Sequence record: KX130864
Origin: Shigella phage SHBML-50-1
Direction: 5' to 3' (one strand)
Length of the DNA stretch: 64,000 bases
Numbering within the stretch: the first letter of the stretch is position 1; each line of letters opens with the position of its first letter. Below are positions 56,301 to 64,000 of this stretch, piece by piece. Both the position numbers and the translations under genes were made by a program. Under the pieces are notes generated by a model that did not search any database, was not told where the DNA came from, and saw nothing but the letters and a program-made list of their open reading frames with translations.

Positions 56301-57192
56301 CGGCACTCATTTCTATTCTCAAAGAGATACGTCAAATAATGTGTTGTTCAACATTTTAGGTACGATGCAATCAGTCCATGCTAACGTTCGTGGTGTTCTG
56401 AACGTTACAGGTGTCTCAACGTTTAATAGTTCAGTTACTGCTAATGGCGAATTTATCAGTAAATCGTCGAATGCTTTTAGAGCAATAAATGGTGATTATG
56501 GATTCTTTATTCGCAATGATGGATCAGTAACGAATTTTATGCTTACTGCATCCGGCGATCAGACTGGTGGATTTAATGGATTACGTCCTTTAGCTATTAA
56601 TAATGCATCTGGCCAAGTAACGATTGGTGAAAGCTTAATCATTGCCAAAGGTGCTACTATAACTTCAGGTGGTTTAACTGTTAACTCGAGAATTCGTTCT
56701 CAGGGTACTAAAACATCTGACTTATATACCCGTGCGCCAACATCTGATACTGTAGGATTCTGGTCAATAGATATTAACGATTCAGCCACTTATAACCAGT
56801 TCCCAGGTTATTTTAAAATGGTTGAAAAAACTAACGAAGTGACTGGACTTCCGTACTTAGAACGTGGCGAAGAAGTTAAATCTCCTGGTACATTGACTCA
56901 GTTTGGTAACACACTTGATTCGCTTTACCAAGATTGGATTACTTATCCAACGACTCCAGAAGCACGTACCACTCGCTGGACCCGTACATGGCAGAAAACC
57001 AAAAACTCTTGGTCGAGTTTTGTTCAGGTATTTGATGGAGGTAACCCTCCTCAGCCGTCTGATATCGGTGCTTTACCATCTGATAATGCTACAATGGGGA
57101 ATCTTACTATTCGCGATTTCTTACGAATTGGTAATGTTCGCATTATTCCTGACCCAGTGAATAAATCTGTTAAATTTGAATGGATTGAATAA
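53320..57192 (+). CDS. 34: long tail fibre proximal subunit gp34
   Basis: 1290 aa; six copies of a ~30 aa fibre repeat motif (ETRRG.A.IAT...TP..L); late promoter box upstream. Confidence 0.95.
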   Translation: MAEIKRKFRAEDGLDAGGDKIINVALADRTVGTDGVNVDYLIQENTVQQYDPTRGYLKDFVIIYDNRFWAAINDIPKPAGAFNSGRWRALRTDANWITVSSGSYQLKSGEAISVNTAAGNDITFTLPSTPIDGDTIVLQDIGGKPGVNQVLIVAPVQSIVNFRGEQVRSVLMTHPKSQLVLIFSNRLWQMYVADYSREAVIVTPANTYQAQSNDFIVRRFTSAAPINIKLPRFANHGDIINFVDLDKLNPLYHTIVTTYDETTSVQEVGTHSIEGRTSIDGFLMFDDNEKLWRLFDGDSKARLRIITTNSNIRPNEEVMVFGANNGTTQTIELQLPTNISVGDTVKISMNYMRKGQTVKIKAAGEDKIASSVQLLQFPKRSEYPPEAEWVTVQELVFNGETNYVPVLQLAYIEDSDGKYWVVQQNVPTVERVDSLNDSTRARLGVIALATQAQANVDLENSPQKELAITPETLANRTATETRRGIARIATTAQVNQNTTFSFADDIIITPKKLNERTATETRRGVAEIATQQETNTGTDDTTIITPKKLQARQGSESLSGIVTFVSTAGATPASSRELNGTNVYNKNTNNLVVSPKALDQYKATPTQQGAVILAVESEVIAGQSQEGWANAVVTPETLHKKTSTDARIGLIEIATQSEVNTGTDYTRAVTPKTLNDRRATESLSGIAEIATQVEFDAGVDDTRISTPLKIKTRFNSTDRTSVVALSGLVESGTLWDHYTLNILEANETQRGTLRVATQVEAAAGTLDNVLITPKKLLGTKSTESQEGVIKVATQSETVTGTSANTAVSPKNLKWIVQSEPTWAATTAIRGFVKTSSGSITFVGNDTVGSTQDLELYEKNSYAVSPYELNRVLANYLPLKAKAVDSNLLDGLDSSQFIRRDIAQTVNGSLTLTQQTNLSAPLVSSSTATFGGSVTANSTLTISNTGTSSSRFTFEKGPASGSNADSALHVRVWGNKYSGGSDVTRATIIEFYDASGTHFYSQRDTSNNVLFNILGTMQSVHANVRGVLNVTGVSTFNSSVTANGEFISKSSNAFRAINGDYGFFIRNDGSVTNFMLTASGDQTGGFNGLRPLAINNASGQVTIGESLIIAKGATITSGGLTVNSRIRSQGTKTSDLYTRAPTSDTVGFWSIDINDSATYNQFPGYFKMVEKTNEVTGLPYLERGEEVKSPGTLTQFGNTLDSLYQDWITYPTTPEARTTRWTRTWQKTKNSWSSFVQVFDGGNPPQPSDIGALPSDNATMGNLTIRDFLRIGNVRIIPDPVNKSVKFEWIE
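54740..55760 (+). repeat. six tandem copies of a ~30-codon fibre repeat motif within gene 34
   Basis: Repeated peptide ETRRG(I/V)A.IAT...(T/S)P(K)KL visible in the gp34 translation. Confidence 0.7.
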
Positions 57193-57200
57193 GAGGTATT

Positions 57201-58316
57201 ATGGAAAAATTTATGGCAGAGTTTGGACAAGGATATGTCCAAACGCCATTTTTATCGGAAAGTAATTCAGTAAGATATAAAATAAGTATAGCGGGTTCTT
57301 GCCCGCTTTCTACTGCAGGACCATACGTTAAATTTCAAGATAATCCTGTTGGAAGTCAAACATTTAGCGCAGGTCTTCATCTAAGAGTTTTTGACCCTTC
57401 CACCGGAGCATTAGTTGATAGTAAGTCATATGCTTTTTCTACTTCAAATGATACTACATCGGCTGCTTTTGTTAGTTTCATGAATTCTTTGACGAATAAC
57501 AGACTTGTTGCTATATTAACTAGCGGAAAGGTTAATTTTCCTCCTGAAGTAGTATCTTGGTTAAGAACCGCCGGAACGTCTGCTTTTCCATCTGATTCTG
57601 TATTGTCAAGATTCGACGTATCATATGCTGCCTTTTATACTTCTTCTAAAAGAGCTATTGCATTAGAGCATGTTAAACTGAGTAATAGAAAAAGCACAGA
57701 TGATTATCAAACTATTTTAGATGTTGTATTTGACAGTTTAGAAGATGTAGGAGCTACTGGGTTTCCAAGAAGAACGTATGAAAGCGTTGAACAATTCATG
57801 TCAGCTGTTGGTGGAACTAATAACGAAATTGCGAGATTGCCAACTTCAGCTGCTATAAGTAAATTATCTGATTATAATTTAATTCCTGGAGATGTTCTTT
57901 ATCTTAAAACACAGCTATACGCCGATGCCGATTTACTTGCGCTTGGAACTACGAATATATCCATTCGATTTTATAATGCATCTAACGGATATATTTCCTC
58001 GACACAAGCTGAATTTACCGGGCAAGCTGGATCTTGGGAATTAAAGGAAGATTATGTAGTTGTTCCAGAAAACGCTGTAGGATTTACGATATACGCACAG
58101 AGAACTGCACAAGCTGGCCAAGGTGGCATGAGAAATTTAAGCTTTTCTGAAGTATCAAGAAACGGCGGTATTTCAAAACCTGCTGAATTTGGCGTCAACG
58201 GTATTCGTGTTAATTATATCTGTGAATCCGCTTCACCTCCGGATATAATGGTACTTCCTACGCAAGCATCGTCTAAAACTGGTAAAGTGTTTGGGCAAGA
58301 ATTTAGAGAAGTTTAA
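57201..58316 (+). CDS. 35: long tail fibre hinge connector gp35
   Basis: 371 aa; T4 gp35 size and position; hairpin terminator downstream. Confidence 0.92.
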   Translation: MEKFMAEFGQGYVQTPFLSESNSVRYKISIAGSCPLSTAGPYVKFQDNPVGSQTFSAGLHLRVFDPSTGALVDSKSYAFSTSNDTTSAAFVSFMNSLTNNRLVAILTSGKVNFPPEVVSWLRTAGTSAFPSDSVLSRFDVSYAAFYTSSKRAIALEHVKLSNRKSTDDYQTILDVVFDSLEDVGATGFPRRTYESVEQFMSAVGGTNNEIARLPTSAAISKLSDYNLIPGDVLYLKTQLYADADLLALGTTNISIRFYNASNGYISSTQAEFTGQAGSWELKEDYVVVPENAVGFTIYAQRTAQAGQGGMRNLSFSEVSRNGGISKPAEFGVNGIRVNYICESASPPDIMVLPTQASSKTGKVFGQEFREV

Positions 58317-58320
58317 ACTG

Positions 58321-58345
58321 AGGGAGCCTTCGGGTTCCCTTTTTC
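58321..58345 (+). terminator. intrinsic terminator after gene 35
   Basis: GGGAGCC-TTCG-GGTTCCC followed by TTTTTC. Confidence 0.6.
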
Positions 58346-58347
58346 TT

Positions 58348-58355
58348 TATAAATA
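58348..58355 (+). promoter_or_regulatory. late promoter box upstream of gene 36
   Basis: Exact TATAAATA following the gene 35 terminator hairpin. Confidence 0.6.
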
Positions 58356-58378
58356 CTATTAAAATAAAGGGGCATACA

Positions 58379-59044
58379 ATGGCTGATTTAAAAGTAGGTT
58401 CAACAACTGGAGGCTCTGTCATTTGGCATCAAGGAAATTTTCCATTGAATCCAGCCGGTGACGATGTACTCTATAAATCATTTAAAATATATTCAGAATA
58501 CAATAAACCGCAAGCGGCTGATAACGATTTCGTTTCTAAAGCTAACGGTGGTACTTATGCATCAAAGGTAACATTTAATGCTGGTGTTCAAGTACCATAT
58601 GCTATAAACAATACAAACCAAAGTGGTATTTATCCTGGTAATGGAGATGCAGCTACTTTTGTTACAGCAAATATTGATATTGTTTCATGGTATGGCGTAG
58701 GATTTAAATCATCACAAGGATCTGCCGGTAGAACTGTAGTAATTAATACACGCAATGGTGATATTAGCACAAAAGGTGTTGTGTCGGCAGCTGGTCAAGT
58801 AAGAAGTGATGCGGCTGCTCCTATAGCAGCGAATGACCTTACTAGAAAGGACTATGTTGATGGAGCAATAAATACTGTTACAGCAAATGCAAACTCTAGA
58901 GTGTTGCGTTCTGGTGACACTATGACGGGAAACTTAACCGCACCAAACTTTTTCTCACAGAATCCTGCGTCTCAACCTTCTCACGTTCCGCGATTTGATC
59001 AAATCGTAATTAAGGATTCTGTTCAAGATTTCGGCTATTATTAA
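58379..59044 (+). CDS. 36: long tail fibre distal connector gp36
   Basis: 221 aa; T4 gp36 size; late promoter box upstream. Confidence 0.92.
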   Translation: MADLKVGSTTGGSVIWHQGNFPLNPAGDDVLYKSFKIYSEYNKPQAADNDFVSKANGGTYASKVTFNAGVQVPYAINNTNQSGIYPGNGDAATFVTANIDIVSWYGVGFKSSQGSAGRTVVINTRNGDISTKGVVSAAGQVRSDAAAPIAANDLTRKDYVDGAINTVTANANSRVLRSGDTMTGNLTAPNFFSQNPASQPSHVPRFDQIVIKDSVQDFGYY

Positions 59045-59052
59045 GAGGACTT

Positions 59053-62000
59053 ATGGCTACTTTAAAACAAATACAATTTAAAAGAAGCAAAACTGCAGGT
59101 CAACGTCCTGCTGCTTCAGTATTAGCCGAAGGTGAATTGGCTATAAACTTAAAAGACCGTACTCTTTTTACTAAAGATGACTCGGGAAATATTATTGATT
59201 TAAGCATTACCGCTGGCGGTAATATTAGTGGAAATATCACTCAAACTGGCGATTATACACAGACTGGAAAATTTAATTTAATTGGTCCGCAAATTGTAGC
59301 AAGCGGTGGATATATTGAGTTTAATTATCGTACTACTGGAAGTGGGGCTTGGTCTGGTCAACACACTGCAAAAGCTCCAATTTTTGTAGATTTAAGCTCA
59401 GCTACTTCCACATCTGAATATAATCCTATAATTAAACAGCGCTTTAAAGATGGAACTTTTTCATTAGGTACTTTAGTTTCTGAAGGTTCGTTGAAGATTC
59501 ATTATATCAATGAATCTGGCGATTCGAAATATTGGACGTTTCGACGTGACGGCGGATTTGTTGTTGACGGTGGAGGTTTAGCAGTATCAGGAGGTAGTAT
59601 AACTACATCTGGAAATATTGCAGCTCTCGGAAATATTACTTCGCCTCAGATTAATACTAAAAATATTATTTTAGATACAAAAGCATTTGGACAATACGAT
59701 TCGCAATCATTAGTTCAATATGTTTATCCTGGAACAGGTGAAGAAAATGGTATAAACTATCTTCGTAAAGTTCGAGCTAAATCAGGCGGAACCATTTACC
59801 ATGAAATCGCTTCAGCTCAAACCGGTAAAAATGATGAAATTTCTTGGTGGACCGGAAATACACTTACTACTAAATTAATGGGTCTTCGTAATGATGGCGC
59901 AATGGTATTACGTCGTTCACTTGCTATTGGCACAATTACCACTGACGAAAATACTAACAACTATGGTTCTCCTACTCCAATGGGAGAAAGATATATTGCT
60001 TTGGGCGATGCTGCCACTGGTTTAAAATACATTAAGCAGGGTGTTTATGATTTAGTAGGTAATTGGAATTCTGTTGCTTCTATTACTCCTGATAGTTTCC
60101 GTAGTACTCGTAAAGCGTTATTTGGACGTTCAGAAGACCAAGGCGGAACCTGGACAATGCCTGGAACGAACGCTGCCTTTTTATCAGTTCAAACACAGGC
60201 TGATGAAAACACTGCTGGAGACGGCCAGACGCATATTGGCTATAACTCAGGCGGAAAAATGAACCACTATTTCCGTGGTAAAGGCAAAACTAATATTAAT
60301 ACTCAGGAAGGTATGGAAGTTAATCCGGGTATTTTGAAATTGGTAACTGGCTCTAATAATGTAATGTTTTATGCTGATGGCGGTATTACATCTGTTAAGC
60401 AGCTTTCAATATATAATGGCATATATTTAGCAGCTAATAATTCTACTGCTGGGCTAACATTCGCTCCAACTACTACAATTGATGGCACTAAGCAAATTTT
60501 GTGGGAAGGCGGTACTCGTGCTGGTCAGAATAAAAGCTATGTAACTGTTAAAGCATGGGGTAATTCATTTAATGCATCTGGCGATCGTGCTCGTGAAACA
60601 GTTTTTGAAGTATCAGATGGACAAGGATATTATTTTTATTCACAGCGTGTGGCTCCAAGTGGCTCTGAAACTACTGGGCCTGTTGTAACCCAGTTCAATG
60701 GACAAGTTAATGCTAGAGGAAGTATTATTACTGACGGAAGTTTTAAAGTTAATGGATTAAGCACTTTAGTCGGTAATGTTACCATGTCTAATGGTTTGTT
60801 TGTCCAAGGTGGTTCTTCTATTACTGGACAAGTTAAAATTGGCGGAACAGCTGATGCATTAAGAATTTGGAATGCTGAATACGGGGCTATTTTCCGTCGT
60901 TCTGAAGATAAGCTTTATATTATTCCAACTCCACAGAATGCTGGTGAATCAGGTGGTATTTCTAATTTACGTCCGTTCTATATTACATTAAGTAATGGTA
61001 AAGTTTCCATGGATCATGATGTAGATATCGGTGGAGGTAGATTTAAAGTAGAAGTGGCTGGAACTACTGCTAATCAACGCATAACAGTAAATATGGCATC
61101 AGATGCTATTAGAATAAATGCTCCAACACAAGAGTCTTCTAACTTCATTCAAGGACGTAAAGCAGATGTTCCGAAATGGTATTTAGGTATTGGCGATGGC
61201 GGAAACGTCGTTCGTATGCATAGTTACACCCATTCACATGGTATTGCATTAAACTCTGATACTGTCGATATTACTAAGCCTCTTAAAGTCGGAAATGCCC
61301 AACTAGGAACTGACGGTAATATTACCGGTGGTTCAGGAAACTTTGCTAATTTAAACAGTACAATTGAATCATTAAAAACCGATATTGTTTCAAGTTATCC
61401 TATTGGAGCTCCTATTCCATGGCCAACGGATACTCCTCCTGACGGTTACGCTATTATGGAAGGCCAGACTTTTGATAAGTCTGCATACCCAAAATTGGCT
61501 ATGGCTTACCCATCTGGCGTAATTCCAGATATGCGCGGGCAAACTATTAAAGGTAAACCAAGTGGTCGAGCTGTATTAAGCGCAGAAGCCGATGGTGTTA
61601 AGGCTCATAGCCATAGTGCATCGGCTTCAAGTACTGACTTGGGTACTAAAACTACATCAAGCTTTGATTATGGTACTAAAACATCTTCAAGCTTTGATTA
61701 TGGCACGAAGGGAACTAACAGTACTGGTGGTCATTCTCACTCTGTAAATGGTACAACAAGTGCCGCTGGCAACCACGCTCACCACTTAGGTCTGTTATTA
61801 GTTAACGGTGGTGATGCTTTGTACGGGTATACAACCGTTGGTAACAGCCTCCCTAGAACACTTGACTGGCTTGACAGAAGAGACAATAAATTCCCCAACA
61901 CTAACACAACTGGTAACCATACACATACATGGTCTGGCACTACAAGCGGTGCTGGTGCTCATACACATACTGTAGGTATTGGTGCTCATACACATACTGT

Positions 62001-62130
62001 AGGTATTGGTGCTCATACTCACTCGGTAGCAATTGGTTCGCATGGTCATACTATCACTGTAAATAGTACAGGTAATACAGAAAACACGGTTAAAAACATT
62101 GCTTTTAACTATATCGTTCGTTTAGCATAA
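59053..62130 (+). CDS. 37: long tail fibre distal subunit gp37 (receptor-binding tip with His-x-His repeats)
   Basis: 1025 aa; C-terminal HSHS / HAHH / HTHT / GAHTHTVGI repeats; ends [11 protein letters not shown] as in T4 gp37. Confidence 0.95.
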   Translation: MATLKQIQFKRSKTAGQRPAASVLAEGELAINLKDRTLFTKDDSGNIIDLSITAGGNISGNITQTGDYTQTGKFNLIGPQIVASGGYIEFNYRTTGSGAWSGQHTAKAPIFVDLSSATSTSEYNPIIKQRFKDGTFSLGTLVSEGSLKIHYINESGDSKYWTFRRDGGFVVDGGGLAVSGGSITTSGNIAALGNITSPQINTKNIILDTKAFGQYDSQSLVQYVYPGTGEENGINYLRKVRAKSGGTIYHEIASAQTGKNDEISWWTGNTLTTKLMGLRNDGAMVLRRSLAIGTITTDENTNNYGSPTPMGERYIALGDAATGLKYIKQGVYDLVGNWNSVASITPDSFRSTRKALFGRSEDQGGTWTMPGTNAAFLSVQTQADENTAGDGQTHIGYNSGGKMNHYFRGKGKTNINTQEGMEVNPGILKLVTGSNNVMFYADGGITSVKQLSIYNGIYLAANNSTAGLTFAPTTTIDGTKQILWEGGTRAGQNKSYVTVKAWGNSFNASGDRARETVFEVSDGQGYYFYSQRVAPSGSETTGPVVTQFNGQVNARGSIITDGSFKVNGLSTLVGNVTMSNGLFVQGGSSITGQVKIGGTADALRIWNAEYGAIFRRSEDKLYIIPTPQNAGESGGISNLRPFYITLSNGKVSMDHDVDIGGGRFKVEVAGTTANQRITVNMASDAIRINAPTQESSNFIQGRKADVPKWYLGIGDGGNVVRMHSYTHSHGIALNSDTVDITKPLKVGNAQLGTDGNITGGSGNFANLNSTIESLKTDIVSSYPIGAPIPWPTDTPPDGYAIMEGQTFDKSAYPKLAMAYPSGVIPDMRGQTIKGKPSGRAVLSAEADGVKAHSHSASASSTDLGTKTTSSFDYGTKTSSSFDYGTKGTNSTGGHSHSVNGTTSAAGNHAHHLGLLLVNGGDALYGYTTVGNSLPRTLDWLDRRDNKFPNTNTTGNHTHTWSGTTSGAGAHTHTVGIGAHTHTVGIGAHTHSVAIGSHGHTITVNSTGNTENTVKNIAFNYIVRLA
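61642..61701 (+). repeat. 30-bp tandem duplication in gene 37 ([10 protein letters not shown] x2)
   Basis: GGTACTAAAACTACATCAAGCTTTGATTAT and GGTACTAAAACATCTTCAAGCTTTGATTAT adjacent. Confidence 0.8.
61957..62037 (+). repeat. 27-bp perfect tandem repeat (x2 plus a degenerate third copy) encoding GAHTHTVGI His-box units in gene 37
   Basis: GGTGCTCATACACATACTGTAGGTATT repeated exactly twice, then GGTGCTCATACTCACTCGGTAGCAATT. Confidence 0.85.
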
Positions 62131-62160
62131 GGAGAGGGGCTTTGGCCCCTTCTAAATATG
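62129..62160 (+). promoter_or_regulatory. gene 38 split ribosome-binding site: SD, hairpin, AUG
   Basis: AAGGAG at 62129-62134, hairpin GGGGC-UUUG-GCCCC at about 62136-62149, ATG at 62158; hairpin folding would restore SD-AUG spacing. Confidence 0.6.
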
Positions 62161-62709
62161 AAAATATATCATTATTATTTTGACACTAAAGAATTTTACA
62201 AAGAAGAAAATTACAAACCGGTTAAAGGCCTCGGTCTTCCTGCTCATTCAACAATTAAAAAACCTTTAGAACCTAAAGAAGGATACGCGGTTGTATTTGA
62301 TGAACGTACTCAAGATTGGATTTATGAAGAAGACCATCGCGGCAAACGAGCATGGACTTTTAATAAAGAAGAAATTTTTATAAGTGACATTGGAAGCCCG
62401 GTTGGTATAACTTTTGATGAGCCCGGCGAATTTGATATATGGACTGATGGCGGTTGGAAAGAAGACGAAACATATAAGCGAGTTTTAATTCGTAATAGAA
62501 AAATTGAAGAATTATATAAAGAGTTCCAAGTTTTAAATAATATGATTGAAGCTTCTGTCGCCAATAAAAAGGAAAAATTTTATTATAAAAACCTTAAGCG
62601 GTTCTTTGCTCTTTTAGAAAAGCATGAGCATTTAGGTGGTGAATTCCCTTCATGGCCTGAAAAAGAACAGAAGCCTTGGTATAAGCGTTTATTCAAGCAT
62701 TACGTATAA
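62158..62709 (+). CDS. 38: gp38 tail fibre assembly chaperone (T4 type)
   Basis: 183 aa; T4 gp38-like sequence; hairpin sits between the Shine-Dalgarno and the ATG. Confidence 0.9.
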   Translation: MKIYHYYFDTKEFYKEENYKPVKGLGLPAHSTIKKPLEPKEGYAVVFDERTQDWIYEEDHRGKRAWTFNKEEIFISDIGSPVGITFDEPGEFDIWTDGGWKEDETYKRVLIRNRKIEELYKEFQVLNNMIEASVANKKEKFYYKNLKRFFALLEKHEHLGGEFPSWPEKEQKPWYKRLFKHYV

Positions 62710-62712
62710 ATA
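62705..62712 (+). promoter_or_regulatory. late promoter box upstream of holin gene t
   Basis: Exact TATAAATA about 18 nt before the ATG, followed by AAGGAGG RBS. Confidence 0.6.
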
Positions 62713-62729
62713 TCTTAAAAGGAGGGTCT

Positions 62730-63386
62730 ATGGCAGCACCTAGAATATCATTTTCGCCCTCTGATATTCTGTTTGGTGTTCTAGATCGCTTGTTCAAAGA
62801 TAACGCTACCGGGAAAGTTCTTGCTTCCCGGGTAGCTGTCGTAATTCTTTTATTTATGATGGCGATTGTTTGGTATAGGGGAGATAGTTTCTTTGAGTAC
62901 TATAAGCAATCAAAGTATGAAACATACAGTGAAATTATTGAAAAGGAAAGAAATGCACGCTTTGAATCTGTCGCCCTGGAACAACTCCAGATAGTTCATA
63001 TATCATCTGAGGCAGACTTTAGTGCGGTGTATTCTTTCCGCCCTAAAAACTTAAACTATTTTGTTGATATTATAGCATACGAAGGAAGATTACCTTCAAC
63101 AATAACTGAAAAATCACTTGGAGGATATCCTGTTGATAAAACTATGGATGAATATACAGTTCATTTAAATGGACGTCATTATTATTCTGACTCAAAATTT
63201 GCTTTTTTACCAACTAAAAAGCCTACTCCCGAAATAAACTACATGTACAGTTGTCCATATTTTAATTTGGATAATATCTATGCTGGAACGATAACCATGT
63301 ACTGGTATAGAAATGATCATATAAGTAATGACCGCCTTGAATCAATATGTGCTCAGGCGGCCAGAATATTAGGAAGGGCTAAATAA
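62730..63386 (+). CDS. t: holin T
   Basis: 218 aa; single N-terminal TM segment (VAVVILLFMMAIVWY) with a large periplasmic domain; late promoter box upstream. Confidence 0.9.
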   Translation: MAAPRISFSPSDILFGVLDRLFKDNATGKVLASRVAVVILLFMMAIVWYRGDSFFEYYKQSKYETYSEIIEKERNARFESVALEQLQIVHISSEADFSAVYSFRPKNLNYFVDIIAYEGRLPSTITEKSLGGYPVDKTMDEYTVHLNGRHYYSDSKFAFLPTKKPTPEINYMYSCPYFNLDNIYAGTITMYWYRNDHISNDRLESICAQAARILGRAK

Positions 63387-63659
63387 TTATTTGTTCGTAT
63401 ACATCTCTAGATATCGATATACACCCTCAAAACCCTCGTTGAATTCGTCGATGAGGGTTTTCTTATCTTCTTGGGTTAATTCAGAAACAATTTTACGGAA
63501 TGAATTTTGATTTAACTTTCTACCTTCATGCGTTACTCCAATCTCATTCAGAAATGCAATAAAATTAGCACGATTTTCAACAATATCTTCTCTGGAAAAT
63601 TTAATCAAAATAGACGCAACAGTAATAATTTCACGAACTGTATCAATGTTTTTATTCAT
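63387..63659 (-). CDS. asiA: AsiA anti-sigma-70 factor
   Basis: 90 aa MNKNIDTVREIITVASILIKFSRED...; T4 AsiA-like sequence and size. Confidence 0.9.
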   Translation of the reverse strand: MNKNIDTVREIITVASILIKFSREDIVENRANFIAFLNEIGVTHEGRKLNQNSFRKIVSELTQEDKKTLIDEFNEGFEGVYRYLEMYTNK

Positions 63660-63671
63660 TAACTATACCAC

Positions 63672-63824
63672 TCAATTAGTTGACTTTGTTATAATATCAT
63701 CAGACGTTTGATTTGTAAACTGGTCTGTATTATTTTCTTCAAAAATTTTTTCTACGAATTCTTTGAACGACTCACGTTCCTGAGCTACATTATGCTCGAT
63801 TACTTTTTCAAGATTATGACTCAT
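63672..63824 (-). CDS. possible small ORF upstream of asiA (50 aa), below the track cutoff
   Basis: Hand-translated MSHNLEKVIEHNVAQERESFKEFVEKIFEENNTDQFTNQTSDDIITKSTN; its start overlaps the stop of an upstream partial ORF (ATGA). Confidence 0.35.
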   Translation of the reverse strand: MSHNLEKVIEHNVAQERESFKEFVEKIFEENNTDQFTNQTSDDIITKSTN

Positions 63825-64000
63825 TCGAAATAATCTTCAATTTCATAATCATGGACATAAATCATTATAGTTTTTAATACATCATCGATACTTTTTCCTG
63901 GAGCTGGAATTACGTAAAAATATCCTGCTTTTGAGAGGTCTTTATAAGTTCCAATCAAGAAATCATTATTCTCAAGATGTAGTTCTTCAACTAATTCATT
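63821..64000 (-). CDS. partial hypothetical ORF (C-terminal part; start beyond window end)
   Basis: Open minus-strand frame ending ...YVHDYEIEDYFE-stop at about 63821. Confidence 0.3.
   Translation of the reverse strand, partial: NELVEELHLENNDFLIGTYKDLSKAGYFYVIPAPGKSIDDVLKTIMIYVHDYEIEDYFE

Noticed and set aside
56903-57242. ORFs 56903-57160 (+) and 57051-57242 (-) at the gene 34 / 35 junction
   Set aside because: Alternate-frame or antisense ORFs inside the gene 34 3' end and gene 35 start, with no independent support.

Overview
This window is a contiguous stretch of a T4-like (Tevenvirinae) myovirus genome with near-canonical T4 gene order; the most novel-looking elements are a putative HNH endonuclease ORF inserted between tail genes 18 and 19 and several clusters of small uncharacterised ORFs. 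All identifications rest on reading the supplied ORF translations and sequence against remembered T4 protein families, motifs and gene order; no database search was run. Plus strand: 3' part of terminase gene 17, tail sheath 18, the HNH-like ORF, tail tube 19, portal 20, prohead core 67/68, protease 21, scaffold 22, major capsid 23, vertex 24, uvsW, baseplate hub 51-27-28-29-48-54, long tail fibre genes 34-38 and holin t. Minus strand: rnlB, hoc, inh, uvsY, baseplate 25/26, two tandem Alt-like ADP-ribosyltransferase genes, DNA ligase 30, a cluster of small 30.x ORFs, rIII, 31, cd, pseT, a spanin pair, alc, rnlA, denA, nrdB, nrdA, td, frd, small ORFs, 32, 59, 33, dsbA, rnh and asiA. Many late genes are preceded by exact TATAAATA late-promoter boxes and many gene junctions carry GC-rich tetraloop hairpins. 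The phage appears not to be reference T4: td and nrdB are uninterrupted, and several junctions where I recall T4 carrying freestanding endonuclease genes are short and ORF-free. Other candidate accessory loci are an ORF separating frd from td, six small ORFs between frd and gene 32, and a HAD-like plus NADAR-like pair next to the ligase. No tRNA, rRNA, CRISPR array, integrase or transposase was seen. Coordinates of short motifs and hairpins were counted by hand and may be off by 1-2 nt.
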